A stretch of DNA of 64,000 bases from Ignavibacteria bacterium (GCA_037446915.1 JBBIHP010000003.1:2123-66122); one strand, 5' to 3'. Shown: positions 27,262 to 38,059, counted from the stretch's first letter. Notes: generated by a model not told the origin, from the sequence alone. Numbers and translations are program-made.

Positions 27262-27942
27262 TTAACCGCTTATTAATTTATATCCGATACCGTGAACAGT
27301 AAGAATTATTTTTGGATGATCCGGGTCTGCTTCTATTTTCTGTCTTAACCGCAAAATAAAATTATCTACTGTTCGTGTAGTTGTTGCTTCCTGTTTCCAG
27401 ACATATTTAAGAAGAGAATCGCGGCTGACTGTTTGATTGCGATGATTCCACAAATACTCTAAGAGTTCGAATTCCCTGTGAGACATTTGTATCTCGGTTC
27501 CGTTTTCGAATGCGTTGAAAGTTTTAAAGTGAAGTTCAAGTTTACCGATCAATATTGAATCCAAATTATTGTCAAGTTCACCCGAACGTCTTAACACAGC
27601 TTTAATTCTTGCAATCAATTCCCGCAAGCTAAATGGTTTTGTAATATAGTCATCGGCGCCAATTTCAAGTCCTACAACCTTATCTATTTCTTCTCCTTTT
27701 GCAGTAAGCAGAATAATCGGCGTTTTATTTTTTGCTTCACGGACTTTTTTGCATACATCAAATCCGGAAAGTCTGGGCAGCATTACATCTAATATTATCA
27801 GATCATATTTACCGTTGTTAATTTTTTCTAAACCCGCAACACCATCATCGGCAGAATCAGTTTCATAACCTTCGAATTCAAGATTATCAATCAATCCCAT
27901 TCTCATCGAAGGTTCATCTTCTATAATTAATATCCGAGCCAT
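27262..27942 (-). CDS. OmpR/PhoB-family response regulator
   Basis: 226 aa. It has a receiver domain (ILIIEDEP...DLIILDVMLP...LTAK) and a winged-helix output domain (REFELLEYL...TVHGIGYKL). Confidence 0.9.
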   Translation of the reverse strand: MARILIIEDEPSMRMGLIDNLEFEGYETDSADDGVAGLEKINNGKYDLIILDVMLPRLSGFDVCKKVREAKNKTPIILLTAKGEEIDKVVGLEIGADDYITKPFSLRELIARIKAVLRRSGELDNNLDSILIGKLELHFKTFNAFENGTEIQMSHREFELLEYLWNHRNQTVSRDSLLKYVWKQEATTTRTVDNFILRLRQKIEADPDHPKIILTVHGIGYKLISG

Positions 27943-27969
27943 TTTTACTCCGGACTAAAATTTGCAAAT

Positions 27970-29514
27970 TTATTTAAGAGGAAATTGAAGGCGGAAGATA
28001 CTTCCTTTTCCCGGTTCACTTTCTACCTCGATAATTCCTTTATGTGCATCAATTATATGTTTGGTAAGAGAAAGGCCAAGCCCCGTACCTTTGGTGTTAT
28101 GAACTAATCCTTTTGAAGCTCTATAAAATTTCTCAAAGATTTTTTTCTGTTCCTCTTTAGGAATACCGATCCCCTTGTCTTCAACTTCAACAACAGCATT
28201 ATTACCTATTTTATTTAACCGAAGAAGAATTACCTTGGAATCCCGGGTGTATTTCACGGCATTATCTATCAGGTTAATTACTGCTTCCGAGACTGCTTCT
28301 TCATCTGCATTGATAAATAATTTTTCGTTGGTTTGATCAAGATTAAATTCGAATCCCTTATTCAATAAATGAAAACTGTATGAGTCCGCAACACTTTTTA
28401 TAAGTTGGTTAATGCAAACTTCCTTAAAATGATAATTTCTTTTACCGGCTTCGATTTGTGAGAAGCTTAAAATCTTATTAACAATACTGCTTAGCCGACC
28501 GGTTTCATTGCTTATTATTTTATAATACTCATTTTTCTTCTCATCAGTTTTTACTCTTCCCATTTCAAGAGTTTCTGCAAACAAACTAATTAATGCAAGC
28601 GGTGTGCGCAGTTCATGCGAAACATTAGAAACAAAATCCGTTCTTATCTGTGCAAGTTCAATTTCTTTTTTGATATTACGGTAAGCAAAATAAGCTGTAG
28701 CAATCATCATAAATGCAAAGACAAAAAATATGATAAGGTTTGATGACGTTCTTTTATCAACAAGATCCGCAACGGTTTGTTCTTTAGGTTGAATTCCCAT
28801 TTGATAACCGGGCATAAGCCACAAATTTTTTCTTATCAACTGTCTTCCGGTTTCAATTGGAGCTGTCTGATAAATCTCTTCACCGCTTAAGGAATCTGAA
28901 ATACTAACTAAAAATTGATCCCTGGCTACACTTTGAATTTTAGACGCAATTGTTATTTCAATAAAACTTCTTTTATCAACAGACATTAAACAAAATTTCT
29001 CTTCTGAAAGAACAAACAGTAAATGAAGTTCTTCTTTAGATCCTGAAGAAACCGGTTCTATTTTCATAAAGTCGGATTCTCTATATCTAAAAAGCTTATT
29101 CAATATTCCTTTGTTTTCTTCAATCAGTTTTTCTAAATATTCATTTTCTTTAACGGAAGATAATTCACCTTTATCAAATTTCAGGTAAATCTGTTTAGAA
29201 AACGAACTATCGGATAGATAAATGGATTGGACGGATTGAGATTCCCGGAAGAATTTATTTAAATCCGATTGCAATTCATTCGGGGCGGGTTTGTTCTCTA
29301 GAATTGATTCAATACGTAAAGCCCAGCTTCTTACAATATCGTCGGAATATTGATTAACAGAGAATAAAATAGATTCGAGCTGGCTGTTATAAATTTCCTC
29401 TAAAATTTCTTCATCCCTGTTTAAGGAAGTAATTTCATAAACGCTTAAAAATAAAACGGGTAGTATGAGTACAATTAATAGAATTAGAATAATTTTTTTT
29501 ATAGGTTTGTTCAT
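27970..29514 (-). CDS. Membrane sensor histidine kinase
   Basis: 514 aa with two TM segments. It has the H-box FVSNVSHELRTPL and the N, G1 and G2 boxes (NLIDNAVKY, DKGIGI, GTGLGLS). It lies immediately upstream of the response regulator. Confidence 0.9.
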   Translation of the reverse strand: MNKPIKKIILILLIVLILPVLFLSVYEITSLNRDEEILEEIYNSQLESILFSVNQYSDDIVRSWALRIESILENKPAPNELQSDLNKFFRESQSVQSIYLSDSSFSKQIYLKFDKGELSSVKENEYLEKLIEENKGILNKLFRYRESDFMKIEPVSSGSKEELHLLFVLSEEKFCLMSVDKRSFIEITIASKIQSVARDQFLVSISDSLSGEEIYQTAPIETGRQLIRKNLWLMPGYQMGIQPKEQTVADLVDKRTSSNLIIFFVFAFMMIATAYFAYRNIKKEIELAQIRTDFVSNVSHELRTPLALISLFAETLEMGRVKTDEKKNEYYKIISNETGRLSSIVNKILSFSQIEAGKRNYHFKEVCINQLIKSVADSYSFHLLNKGFEFNLDQTNEKLFINADEEAVSEAVINLIDNAVKYTRDSKVILLRLNKIGNNAVVEVEDKGIGIPKEEQKKIFEKFYRASKGLVHNTKGTGLGLSLTKHIIDAHKGIIEVESEPGKGSIFRLQFPLK

Positions 29515-29653
29515 ATAAGAGTAGAAATACGAGATCTAATTTGTTTCTTGCACCGGCAAAATATCAAAAATCCGGAATAAATACCTTCATTAATTCATTC
29601 GTTCACAATTCTATTAATAGTAATTTAGTGTATAATAAATCATTGGAGTAATC

Positions 29654-32600
29654 ATGAAAATAGCACGCACCCTGTTTCTAATTATAATTGCATTATCAAT
29701 TAATATTTACGCGCAAAAGGATAAACAGCCGCCTAAGAAGGAAACATTTAAATCTTCTACTTTTTCCGGATTGAAGTGGCGTGGTATCGGTCCCGCTTTT
29801 ACAAGCGGCAGAATTGCGGACTTTGCAGTTAATCCTAAAAATCACAGTGAATATTATGTTGCTGTAGCAAGCGGACATGTATGGAAAACAACAAATGCCG
29901 GAACAACATGGGCTGCAGTTACAGACACACTTCCGTATTCAATAGGTGTTGTTGTAATGGATCCCAATAACTCGCATGTTGTATGGGTTGGAACCGGAGA
30001 GAATAACCACCAGCGCGCTCTTGGCTGGGGCGATGGTGTTTATAAAACAACCGACGGCGGTAAATCATGGAAGAACATGGGATTGAAAGAATCACGTCAG
30101 ATAGGTGGAATTATTATCGATCCGAGAAATTCCAATGTTGTTTATGTTGCTGCAGAAGGTTCCGCATGGGGACCCGGTGGTGAACGCGGTTTATACAAAA
30201 CTACAGATGGCGGTAAAACATGGAATAAAGTTTTAAACATCAGCGAGAATACCGGTGTTAATAATGTTGTGTTCGATCCAAGAGACCCCGATGTAATTTA
30301 TGCAACATCCGAGCAGCGCCGGAGACATATCTTTACAAAAATTGGCGGCGGACCGGAGAGTGCTGTTTACAAATCTACTGATGCCGGTGCAACATGGGAA
30401 AAAATTATGAGCGGTCTTCCTAAAGTTGATATTGGCGGAATGGGAATTGCAGTTTCGCCCGTTAATCCGGATTATGTTTATTTGATTATGCAAGCGGCGG
30501 AAAACGGAAGCGGATTTTACCGTTCAACAAATCGCGGCGCTTCTTGGGAAAAAATGAGCGACCACCATGAATCAGGGCAGTACTATAATGAAATTTTTTG
30601 CGACCCTAAGAACGTAGACAAAGTCTATTCGGTTGAAACAGTATCTCATGTTACTGTTGATGGTGGAAGAACATGGAAAGCACTAAGTCTTAATAACCGT
30701 CACGTTGATGACCACGCTATCTGGATCGATCCGAACGATACAGATCATTTCTTAATCGGCGGCGATGGTGGAATTTATGAAACATGGGATGGCGGAGATA
30801 CTTACGATTTCAAAGAAAATCTACCCATTACTCAATTCTACAGAGTTAACGTTGATAACGATTATCCATTCTACAATGTTTACGGCGGAACACAGGATAA
30901 TAACAGTTTCGGCGGTCCATCACAAACCATTAAAGTAGATGGAATTGTAAATGATGACTGGATTGTAACAAACGGCGGCGATGGTTTCTGGACTGCAATC
31001 GATCCTACAAATCCTAATATAGTTTATGCAGAATCTCAATACGGCGGAATGGTTCGTTTCGATAAAAAAAGTGGTGAAGCAGTTGGCATCCGTCCAGAAC
31101 CGGGCAAAGGTGAAAAAACTTATAAATGGTACTGGGATACTCCACTTTTTATTAGTCCCCATTCCCCAACAAGAATCTATTGTGCTGCAGAAAGAGTTTT
31201 TAGAAGTGATAACAGAGGCGATAGCTGGGCTACAATTAGCGATGATCTTTCTACTCAAACCGATCGTAATACATTTCCTGTGATGGGTAAATACTGGCCA
31301 TATGAATCGGTAGCAAAAGATGTCAGCACATCACTATTCGGATTAATCGTTTCACTCGCAGAATCACCGGTTAAAGAAAATCTATTATGGGCAGGAACAG
31401 ACGACGGATTGATTCAGGTTACAGAAGATGCAAAGACCTGGCGCAAGATTGAAATTCCCGAAGTTCCTAAATACACTCTCGTAAGCGATATTCTTCCGGA
31501 TAAGTTCAATGAAAACATTGTGTATGTTTCATTTAATAATCATAAACGTGATGACTTCAAACCATACATTTTTAAGAGCGCTGACAAAGGCAAGACTTGG
31601 AAATCGATTGCTGCAAATCTCCCTGTTAACGGACCAGTTAATACAATCGAACAGGATTTTGTAAATCCGAATCTTTTATTTGTCGGAACCGAGTGGGGAT
31701 TCTATTTCAGTTTAGATGGCGGTGAAAAATGGATTGAACTAAAAAGCGGATTACCTAAAGTAAAAGTCTGCGATATCGTTCTTCATAAACGTGAAAACGA
31801 TATTATCATTGCAACATTCGGCAGAGGATTTTACATAATTGATAATTACACACCTCTCCGTCTTGCATCAAAAGAAATTATGGACATGGATTCTTACATC
31901 TTCCCTGTTAAAGATGCTTTAACATATGTTCAAATTGGAGGACGTTACGGACAGGGTTCAACATATTTCAAATCTCCTAATCCCGAATTCGGTGCAACAA
32001 TTACTTATTATGTAAAAAATGTTCCTAAAACTTTAAAAGCTGAGCGTAAAGAAAAAGAGAAAGAATTATTTAAAGACGGTAAGCCGATACCTCAACCATC
32101 ATTTGATGATTTACGTGCCGAACAGGAGGAGAAAGCACCTTATTTTATTTTCACCATAAAAGATGAAACAGGAATGGTTGTTAAGAAAATTACAAGGTCT
32201 GCTTCTGCCGGAATCAACAGAATTGTTTGGGATTTACGGTACGAAAGTACTTCACCCGTAATGGCAAGCAATAATAAGTTCGATCCGGTTGCCAGACAGA
32301 ACAGCGGAATTTTTGCAATGCCCGGCAAATATAGTGTTGAGCTTTCAATGGTTTATAGAGGTGAAGAAAAGAAACTTGCCGGTCCGGCTGAATTTAATGT
32401 TGTTGTTTTAAACAATACAACGTTACCGGCTGAAAATAGAGCAGAGCTTGCTGCATTCCAGAAGAAAGGTGCAGAACTTGTAAGAACTGTTATGGGTGCT
32501 CAAAGATTTGCAAATGAACTTGCAAATAAGGTTGAAACAATCCGTCAGACAATCAACAACTCGCCGGGTGCCGCTTTTGACCTGATGAAGAAAGCAAATG

Positions 32601-32911
32601 CAATTGCAAAGGATCTGGATGAAATTCAATTCAAATTCAGCGGACCTCCGGTTGCAGCAAGTGCAGAAGAAACACCTCCAAGAGAAGTTACATTAACCGG
32701 AAGATTAAGAACCATGATCGGCTCGCAAATGCGTTCAACATCAAATGTAACTGAAAAGCAGAAGGTTGCTTACGATGTACTTTATGAAGAGATTCAACCG
32801 GTTCTTCAGCAGCTTAAGAAAATAAGTGAAGTTGATATTAAAGGATTGGAAGCCGAACTTGAAAAAGCCGGTGCACCATGGACTCCCGGAAGAACACCTG
32901 AATTGAAATAG
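29654..32911 (+). CDS. Secreted BNR/Asp-box repeat protein, sortilin/VPS10-like
   Basis: 1085 aa with a signal peptide. It has at least 8 Asp-box motifs (TTDGGKSW, TTDGGKTW, STDAGATW, STNRGASW, VDGGRTW, DNRGDSW, ADKGKTW, LDGGEKW). Confidence 0.8.
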   Translation: MKIARTLFLIIIALSINIYAQKDKQPPKKETFKSSTFSGLKWRGIGPAFTSGRIADFAVNPKNHSEYYVAVASGHVWKTTNAGTTWAAVTDTLPYSIGVVVMDPNNSHVVWVGTGENNHQRALGWGDGVYKTTDGGKSWKNMGLKESRQIGGIIIDPRNSNVVYVAAEGSAWGPGGERGLYKTTDGGKTWNKVLNISENTGVNNVVFDPRDPDVIYATSEQRRRHIFTKIGGGPESAVYKSTDAGATWEKIMSGLPKVDIGGMGIAVSPVNPDYVYLIMQAAENGSGFYRSTNRGASWEKMSDHHESGQYYNEIFCDPKNVDKVYSVETVSHVTVDGGRTWKALSLNNRHVDDHAIWIDPNDTDHFLIGGDGGIYETWDGGDTYDFKENLPITQFYRVNVDNDYPFYNVYGGTQDNNSFGGPSQTIKVDGIVNDDWIVTNGGDGFWTAIDPTNPNIVYAESQYGGMVRFDKKSGEAVGIRPEPGKGEKTYKWYWDTPLFISPHSPTRIYCAAERVFRSDNRGDSWATISDDLSTQTDRNTFPVMGKYWPYESVAKDVSTSLFGLIVSLAESPVKENLLWAGTDDGLIQVTEDAKTWRKIEIPEVPKYTLVSDILPDKFNENIVYVSFNNHKRDDFKPYIFKSADKGKTWKSIAANLPVNGPVNTIEQDFVNPNLLFVGTEWGFYFSLDGGEKWIELKSGLPKVKVCDIVLHKRENDIIIATFGRGFYIIDNYTPLRLASKEIMDMDSYIFPVKDALTYVQIGGRYGQGSTYFKSPNPEFGATITYYVKNVPKTLKAERKEKEKELFKDGKPIPQPSFDDLRAEQEEKAPYFIFTIKDETGMVVKKITRSASAGINRIVWDLRYESTSPVMASNNKFDPVARQNSGIFAMPGKYSVELSMVYRGEEKKLAGPAEFNVVVLNNTTLPAENRAELAAFQKKGAELVRTVMGAQRFANELANKVETIRQTINNSPGAAFDLMKKANAIAKDLDEIQFKFSGPPVAASAEETPPREVTLTGRLRTMIGSQMRSTSNVTEKQKVAYDVLYEEIQPVLQQLKKISEVDIKGLEAELEKAGAPWTPGRTPELK

Positions 32912-33000
32912 TTAGTGTCGTTTTTTGTTTTAGTGATTTGGTGGAAGGAAACACCTTCTTTTCTGCCACTAAAACACAAAGGCACAAATATCCACAAAGA

Positions 33001-33035
33001 GAACCCTCTCTAATATTAGGAGAGGGTTTTTTATT
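33001..33035 (+). terminator. Rho-independent terminator (AACCCTCTC-loop-GAGAGGGTT + T-tract)
   Basis: A 9-bp stem and 9-nt loop followed by TTTTTTATT, about 90 nt downstream of the 29654..32911 stop. Confidence 0.7.
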
Positions 33036-33248
33036 ATACTTTGGTCAATCTTAATTCTGTTCTGATTAATCTATCTATTATTTTACATACTAGGTAAGTT
33101 ACCCTAAATGATTTTATATAGGATATTATTTAAATAAATTCACCGTTTCATAAACAACTATTGATTATTTGTTGAGTATAAACGAAATTCAAATAGGGGA
33201 TTCGGGTTAAGGATTAATTAAATAGATTAATAGGTAAAGGAAATTATA

Positions 33249-33599
33249 ATGGATAATACAAGAGTTTACAAAATGCCATTTGCAAGTGTCTATCCGCATT
33301 ATATAAACAAAGCGGAGAAGAAAGGACGCACCAAAGCCGAAGTAGATGAAATTATTTTCTGGCTGACAGGATATAATAAAAAAACTTTGCAAAAACTGAT
33401 TGACAACAAAACCGACTTCGAAACATTCTTCAACAAATCCCCTCGGTTCAATCCCAACGCTTCAAAAATTACAGGTCTAATTTGCGGTTACCGCGTAGAG
33501 GAAATTGAAGATCAACTTATGCAGAAGATTCGTTACCTTGATAAATTGATAGATGAACTAGCAAAAGGTAAACCGATGGAAAAAATTTTAAGGAAGTAA
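33249..33599 (+). CDS. DUF2200-family protein
   Basis: 116 aa. The N-terminus ([37 protein letters not shown]) matches my recollection of the DUF2200 consensus. Confidence 0.55.
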   Translation: MDNTRVYKMPFASVYPHYINKAEKKGRTKAEVDEIIFWLTGYNKKTLQKLIDNKTDFETFFNKSPRFNPNASKITGLICGYRVEEIEDQLMQKIRYLDKLIDELAKGKPMEKILRK

Positions 33600-33627
33600 T
33601 TAACTGTAATTATGAATTGCATGGAAA

Positions 33628-34353
33628 ATGAAACAACTTACAAAAACACTGACAAAATACTTCCCTAATGCTGCATCAGTTGCAATAGGTCTAATTCCAA
33701 TTTTAATATTAGTCCTTTGGTTCGATGTATCAAGAAAAATAATTGGAAAAGGAGCTATAGCTTACGCAGTGGGAACAGTAGCGTTAAAACTTCCGTTATA
33801 TCATCTGGTCGTTGTAAAGTTCGTTCATCAAAAATTTTCTCACAAATGGATTGCAGTAATTCAAGGAATTGTTTCTGCTTTTTCAGAACTTGGTGCTGCA
33901 TTGTTCTTTTTTATTTTTGTTGTAAAGGAACTAACATTTGCAGAGTTAATCGGTTTTGGAGTTGCTGCTGGATCAATCGAAGCAATTATCCTACCCTTTA
34001 TGAAAAATCCTTTAGAGGGAACACCCCTTCAGCAGCATTCTGATGAAACAATTAAAAAATCCGAGGAGAATCAGGTTGTTCAATGGATGGGTGTTTTGGA
34101 AAGAATCCTTGCATCTATAGTGCATATTGCTTCTCGTGGACTTGTATATATAAGCTATGTTACCGGAAATATCGTCCCGATTATTATTGGGTTATCGGGA
34201 TTCGCATTAATTGATGGGCGTGCATATTTTGCCCACCTCGAAAAATGGGCATTCGACGACGTTCGCGTTCTAAGTAAATTTTATCTGTTTCTTGGAATGG
34301 TTGCACTTTCATTGACGACACTATTTCTCTTCTTTTATTATTTATTAATATGA
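33628..34353 (+). CDS. Polytopic membrane protein (possibly YhfC-like intramembrane protease)
   Basis: 241 aa with about 7 TM segments. It has conserved-looking SAFSELG and LERILASIVHIASRG (E...ER...H pattern). The family assignment is tentative. Confidence 0.4.
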   Translation: MKQLTKTLTKYFPNAASVAIGLIPILILVLWFDVSRKIIGKGAIAYAVGTVALKLPLYHLVVVKFVHQKFSHKWIAVIQGIVSAFSELGAALFFFIFVVKELTFAELIGFGVAAGSIEAIILPFMKNPLEGTPLQQHSDETIKKSEENQVVQWMGVLERILASIVHIASRGLVYISYVTGNIVPIIIGLSGFALIDGRAYFAHLEKWAFDDVRVLSKFYLFLGMVALSLTTLFLFFYYLLI

Positions 34354-35411
34354 CAAAGCTCGTAACAAATAAATCACTACTTACTATCTTAATCTTAACA
34401 TGTGGTTTACATTCATTTGCTCAGACTTCTGCCGGTTCATATAAAGCAGATATTATAACGGATGAATTAATTTTCAGAGAAGCTCATTTTAAGCAATGCC
34501 ATGCATCATCTCTAGTTGAACTTTCTGATAACAAAATTTTGGCTGTTTGGTTTGGCGGATCATACGAACGGCATCCCGATGTAACTATCTGGTGTTCAAT
34601 AAGAGGTATAAACGGTTGGAGTAAACCGGAACAAATTGCAGATGGAATTATAAACGACTCTCTCCGTTACCCATGCTGGAATCCAGTTCTCTTTAAATCG
34701 AGTAAAGGTGAATTGTTTTTATTTTACAAAGTTGGTCCTTCACCAGATGAATGGTGGGGTATGATTAAAAAATCTAAAGACGATGGCAAAACATGGTCTG
34801 CACCTGAAAAGTTACCAGAAGGAATTTTAGGTCCAATCAAAAATAAACCGATTTACACTTCAAGCGGAAAAATTATCAGTCCCTCCAGTTTTGAAAATGG
34901 AAGCGTCTGGAACGCTCACATGGAAATTTCTGACGATGATGGAACGACATGGAAAAAAGTTGTACTTGATACAACGACCGGTTATAAGCTTATTCAACCG
35001 GCGTTACTAACACTTATTGACGGGACAATTCTTGCATTGATGAGAAGTAATCAGAATTATATTGTTGAGAGCCGTTCTACCGATGATGGAATTACCTGGA
35101 GTAAACCATGTAAAACAAATGTTATGAACCCGAATTCAGGAATTGATGCCGTTACATTAAGCAATGGATTACATTTGTTGATCTATAATCCTTCCGTATC
35201 AGGGAAGGAATGGTTCGAAGGACGCAGTAAACTTTATCTTGCACTTTCTACCAACGGCGATACTTGGATTGATCTCCTTCGCCTAGAAGAAAATAAATTA
35301 GGAGAATACAGTTACCCGGCAATCATTCAATCCAGCGATGGACTTGTTCATATCACCTATACATTCAACAGGATTAGTATTAAATACGTTATATTAAGAA
35401 TAAGAACTTAG
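34350..35411 (+). CDS. BNR/Asp-box sialidase-like beta-propeller protein
   Basis: 353 aa with a signal peptide. It has Asp-boxes SKDDGKTW, SDDDGTTW and STDDGITW, plus an N-terminal FREAHFKQCHASSLVEL...AVWFGGSYE block typical of BNR_2 'sialidase family' proteins. Its start overlaps the upstream stop by 4 nt. Confidence 0.7.
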   Translation: MTKLVTNKSLLTILILTCGLHSFAQTSAGSYKADIITDELIFREAHFKQCHASSLVELSDNKILAVWFGGSYERHPDVTIWCSIRGINGWSKPEQIADGIINDSLRYPCWNPVLFKSSKGELFLFYKVGPSPDEWWGMIKKSKDDGKTWSAPEKLPEGILGPIKNKPIYTSSGKIISPSSFENGSVWNAHMEISDDDGTTWKKVVLDTTTGYKLIQPALLTLIDGTILALMRSNQNYIVESRSTDDGITWSKPCKTNVMNPNSGIDAVTLSNGLHLLIYNPSVSGKEWFEGRSKLYLALSTNGDTWIDLLRLEENKLGEYSYPAIIQSSDGLVHITYTFNRISIKYVILRIRT

Positions 35412-35424
35412 GATAATCTTATTT

Positions 35425-36411
35425 ATGAAGAAGATATTATTTTATATAATAATTCTTTCACTGACTTTTTCGGCAAGTTTTTATCATCAGCCAAATAATT
35501 TTATAAATGAAAGGGATAGAATGGCATCAACAAATAAAATCGTTCCGCACCTCTGGTTCGATAAAGAAGCTAAGGAAGCCGCAGAGTATTATGCTTCAAT
35601 ATTTCCAAATTCAGAGGTAATAAACGTTACAACAAATTCAGGAACACCTTCGGGCGATGTAGATATAGTAAGTTTTAAACTCTGGGGTGTTGAATTCGCA
35701 GCAATAAGTGCTGGACCGTATTTTAAAATAAATCCTTCCATTTCCTTCTTTGTTTATTGCGGTTCGGATAATGAGATCGAGCGACTCTACAACAAACTAA
35801 TAGAGCACGGATTCGCACTAATGCCATTAGATAAATATCTATGGAGCGAGAAGTATGCCTGGGTACAGGATAAATACGGTGTTTCATGGCAGCTCGATGT
35901 TGACTCAATTAATTCTGATCAGAAGATTGTTCCGGCAATTTTATTTGCAAATGAAAAAGCCCCACGGGTAAAGGAAGCAGTAAGTTTTTACTCAACAGTG
36001 TTCTCGAATTCACAAATATTATTGGAATCTCCATGGGATGATTCTGCCGGTATGCCTACAGGATCCCTCCTCTTTGCTCAATTCAAACTGAACGGTTACA
36101 TATTCAATGCGATGAGCGGCGGAACAATGAAACATGAATTTGATTTTAATGAGGCGGTTTCATTTATGGTCTATTGCAAAGATCAGAATGAGATTGACTA
36201 TTACTGGACTAAACTTTCAGATGGTGGTAGTGAACAGCAATGCGGGTGGCTGAAAGATAAATTCGGCGTCTCGTGGCAAATTGTTCCGATTGAGATTGAT
36301 GAAATGATGCATACAAAAGATAAAGAACAGCTTGCAAGAGTTACAGAAGTAATGCTTAAGATGAGCAAACTTAATCTTAATGAACTAAGAAATGCATATA
36401 ATGGTAAATAA
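35425..36411 (+). CDS. Tandem PhnB-like / VOC-superfamily protein (two 3-demethylubiquinone-9 methyltransferase-like domains)
   Basis: 328 aa. Two repeats share the pattern I.P.L.F...A.EA...Y...F.NS......KFGVSWQ (KYGVSWQL and KFGVSWQI). The start is either 35425 (signal-like N-terminus) or the ATG at 35521. Confidence 0.6.
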   Translation: MKKILFYIIILSLTFSASFYHQPNNFINERDRMASTNKIVPHLWFDKEAKEAAEYYASIFPNSEVINVTTNSGTPSGDVDIVSFKLWGVEFAAISAGPYFKINPSISFFVYCGSDNEIERLYNKLIEHGFALMPLDKYLWSEKYAWVQDKYGVSWQLDVDSINSDQKIVPAILFANEKAPRVKEAVSFYSTVFSNSQILLESPWDDSAGMPTGSLLFAQFKLNGYIFNAMSGGTMKHEFDFNEAVSFMVYCKDQNEIDYYWTKLSDGGSEQQCGWLKDKFGVSWQIVPIEIDEMMHTKDKEQLARVTEVMLKMSKLNLNELRNAYNGK

Positions 36412-36433
36412 TTATTTCAATGGTTTATAGTTT

Positions 36434-38059
36434 TTGAAAAATTTTGTTATTATACACTGGTCAATAATTAGTGCTGTTATTCTTCTATACTTAATAATCG
36501 GAATACTTCTAACTATCTCCATCACTAATAATCAGTCGAATTTTATTTATTCTTTGGATGACACTTATATTCATCTTAGCATTGCAAAAAATTTTGCCGA
36601 ATCAGGTAATTGGAGTGTTAACAGTTCATCGTTTACATCTTCAACATCATCACCATTGTGGACGTTTATTATTTCAATTACTTATTTAATACCATCTTTT
36701 AATTTATACTCGCCGTTCGTCTTAAATATATTAATCTCTGCTTTACTTCTAATAATTTGTTACAACTTATTGAAAAAAATAAATCTCTCGAGTTCTTTAA
36801 TCTTTATCGTATTGCTCTCCTTAATTTTTTTCATCCCAATTCCTTTCCTGGTCTTTACCGGTTTAGAACATTTACTGCATACTCTATTGATAATCTTATA
36901 TGTTTATTTATCGGCGGATTTAATTTCAAATGTAGATTCTGTGATTCCCGGAAATGAATCCCGTTATTTTAAAAAATACAAATATTTGGTGTTGCTTACT
37001 TTATTAATTGTGTTGATACGTTACGAAAGTTTGTTTTTTGTCTTCACATCGGGTATTCTTTTTATTTTTCGAAGAAAATATCTTCTCGGTATAACTATAA
37101 TATTAAGCGGTCTTATTCCAATTACTATTTACGGAATAATTTCTATTGCTAATGGATGGCCATTTATACCTGCTCCCATTTTGCTAAAAGCTAATTTACC
37201 GGATTTCAGCACAATAAAATGGATTTTAAAATCTTTGGGGCTTAACAGTTTAATTCAATTAACCAACTGTATCCCTTTATTATTATTATTTATTGCATCA
37301 CTTTTTTTACTTTTAATTCGTTACAACACTGAAAAAAATCTTTGGAATACTTCCACCGTTTTTCTAATCATATTTATTACCGGACTATTACTTCACATGC
37401 AATTTTCCTCTTTATCAATAAGGTATGAGGCCTATTTAATTGGTTTGGGAATAATAGGTGTTGTATTCGAAGGTAATCAATACTTAACAAACTCAAAATT
37501 TTTTGCAATTACCAGGAAGCATGTAATATCTCGTTTGATATTTCTTCTTGTGGTATTATTTATTTTATTGCCATTTTTCCGCAGAGGGCTCTTAAATATT
37601 GAAAAAACAATTAGAGCTACAAATAATATTTACGAACAACAATATCAGGTAGCATCGTTTTTAAATTCGTATTTCAATCATCAATCGGTAGCAGCAAATG
37701 ATATCGGCGCCATTAATTATTTTAGTTACACAAAATGCCTTGACCTCTGGGGAATATCAAACAGAGAAATTCTTTTATTGAAGCTTGCAAACAACTACAA
37801 CACTGAAAAAATCAATCAAATTTCTAATTCAAATAGCGTTAAAATCGCAGTGGTTTATGAAAAATGGTTTAAGAGTTATGGCGGATTACCCGACTCCTGG
37901 GAAAAAATATGTAGCTGGACTATTTCGGATAACGTAATATGTGGCGATAGTATTGTAACTTTCTATTCTACTAAATCATCTTTTTCCGATTCACTTGCAA
38001 ACTCTCTTAAAGAATTCTCTCTAAAGCTTCCCAAAGGAGTTAAAAGTTATTTTTATTAA
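36434..38059 (+). CDS. Large polytopic membrane protein, GT-C-like glycosyltransferase candidate
   Basis: 541 aa with a TTG start and at least 10 TM segments. It has a first-loop acidic motif (SLDDTYIHLSIAKNFAESGNW) and a C-terminal soluble domain. It is very AT-rich: 18/60 G+C in line 36781-36840. Confidence 0.4.
   Translation: MKNFVIIHWSIISAVILLYLIIGILLTISITNNQSNFIYSLDDTYIHLSIAKNFAESGNWSVNSSSFTSSTSSPLWTFIISITYLIPSFNLYSPFVLNILISALLLIICYNLLKKINLSSSLIFIVLLSLIFFIPIPFLVFTGLEHLLHTLLIILYVYLSADLISNVDSVIPGNESRYFKKYKYLVLLTLLIVLIRYESLFFVFTSGILFIFRRKYLLGITIILSGLIPITIYGIISIANGWPFIPAPILLKANLPDFSTIKWILKSLGLNSLIQLTNCIPLLLLFIASLFLLLIRYNTEKNLWNTSTVFLIIFITGLLLHMQFSSLSIRYEAYLIGLGIIGVVFEGNQYLTNSKFFAITRKHVISRLIFLLVVLFILLPFFRRGLLNIEKTIRATNNIYEQQYQVASFLNSYFNHQSVAANDIGAINYFSYTKCLDLWGISNREILLLKLANNYNTEKINQISNSNSVKIAVVYEKWFKSYGGLPDSWEKICSWTISDNVICGDSIVTFYSTKSSFSDSLANSLKEFSLKLPKGVKSYFY

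Noticed and set aside
33717-34043. 108-aa same-strand alternative-frame ORF inside the 33628..34353 membrane protein gene
   Set aside because: It is Cys/Arg/Ser-rich and non-protein-like. The main frame gives a coherent multi-TM protein coupled to the downstream gene.
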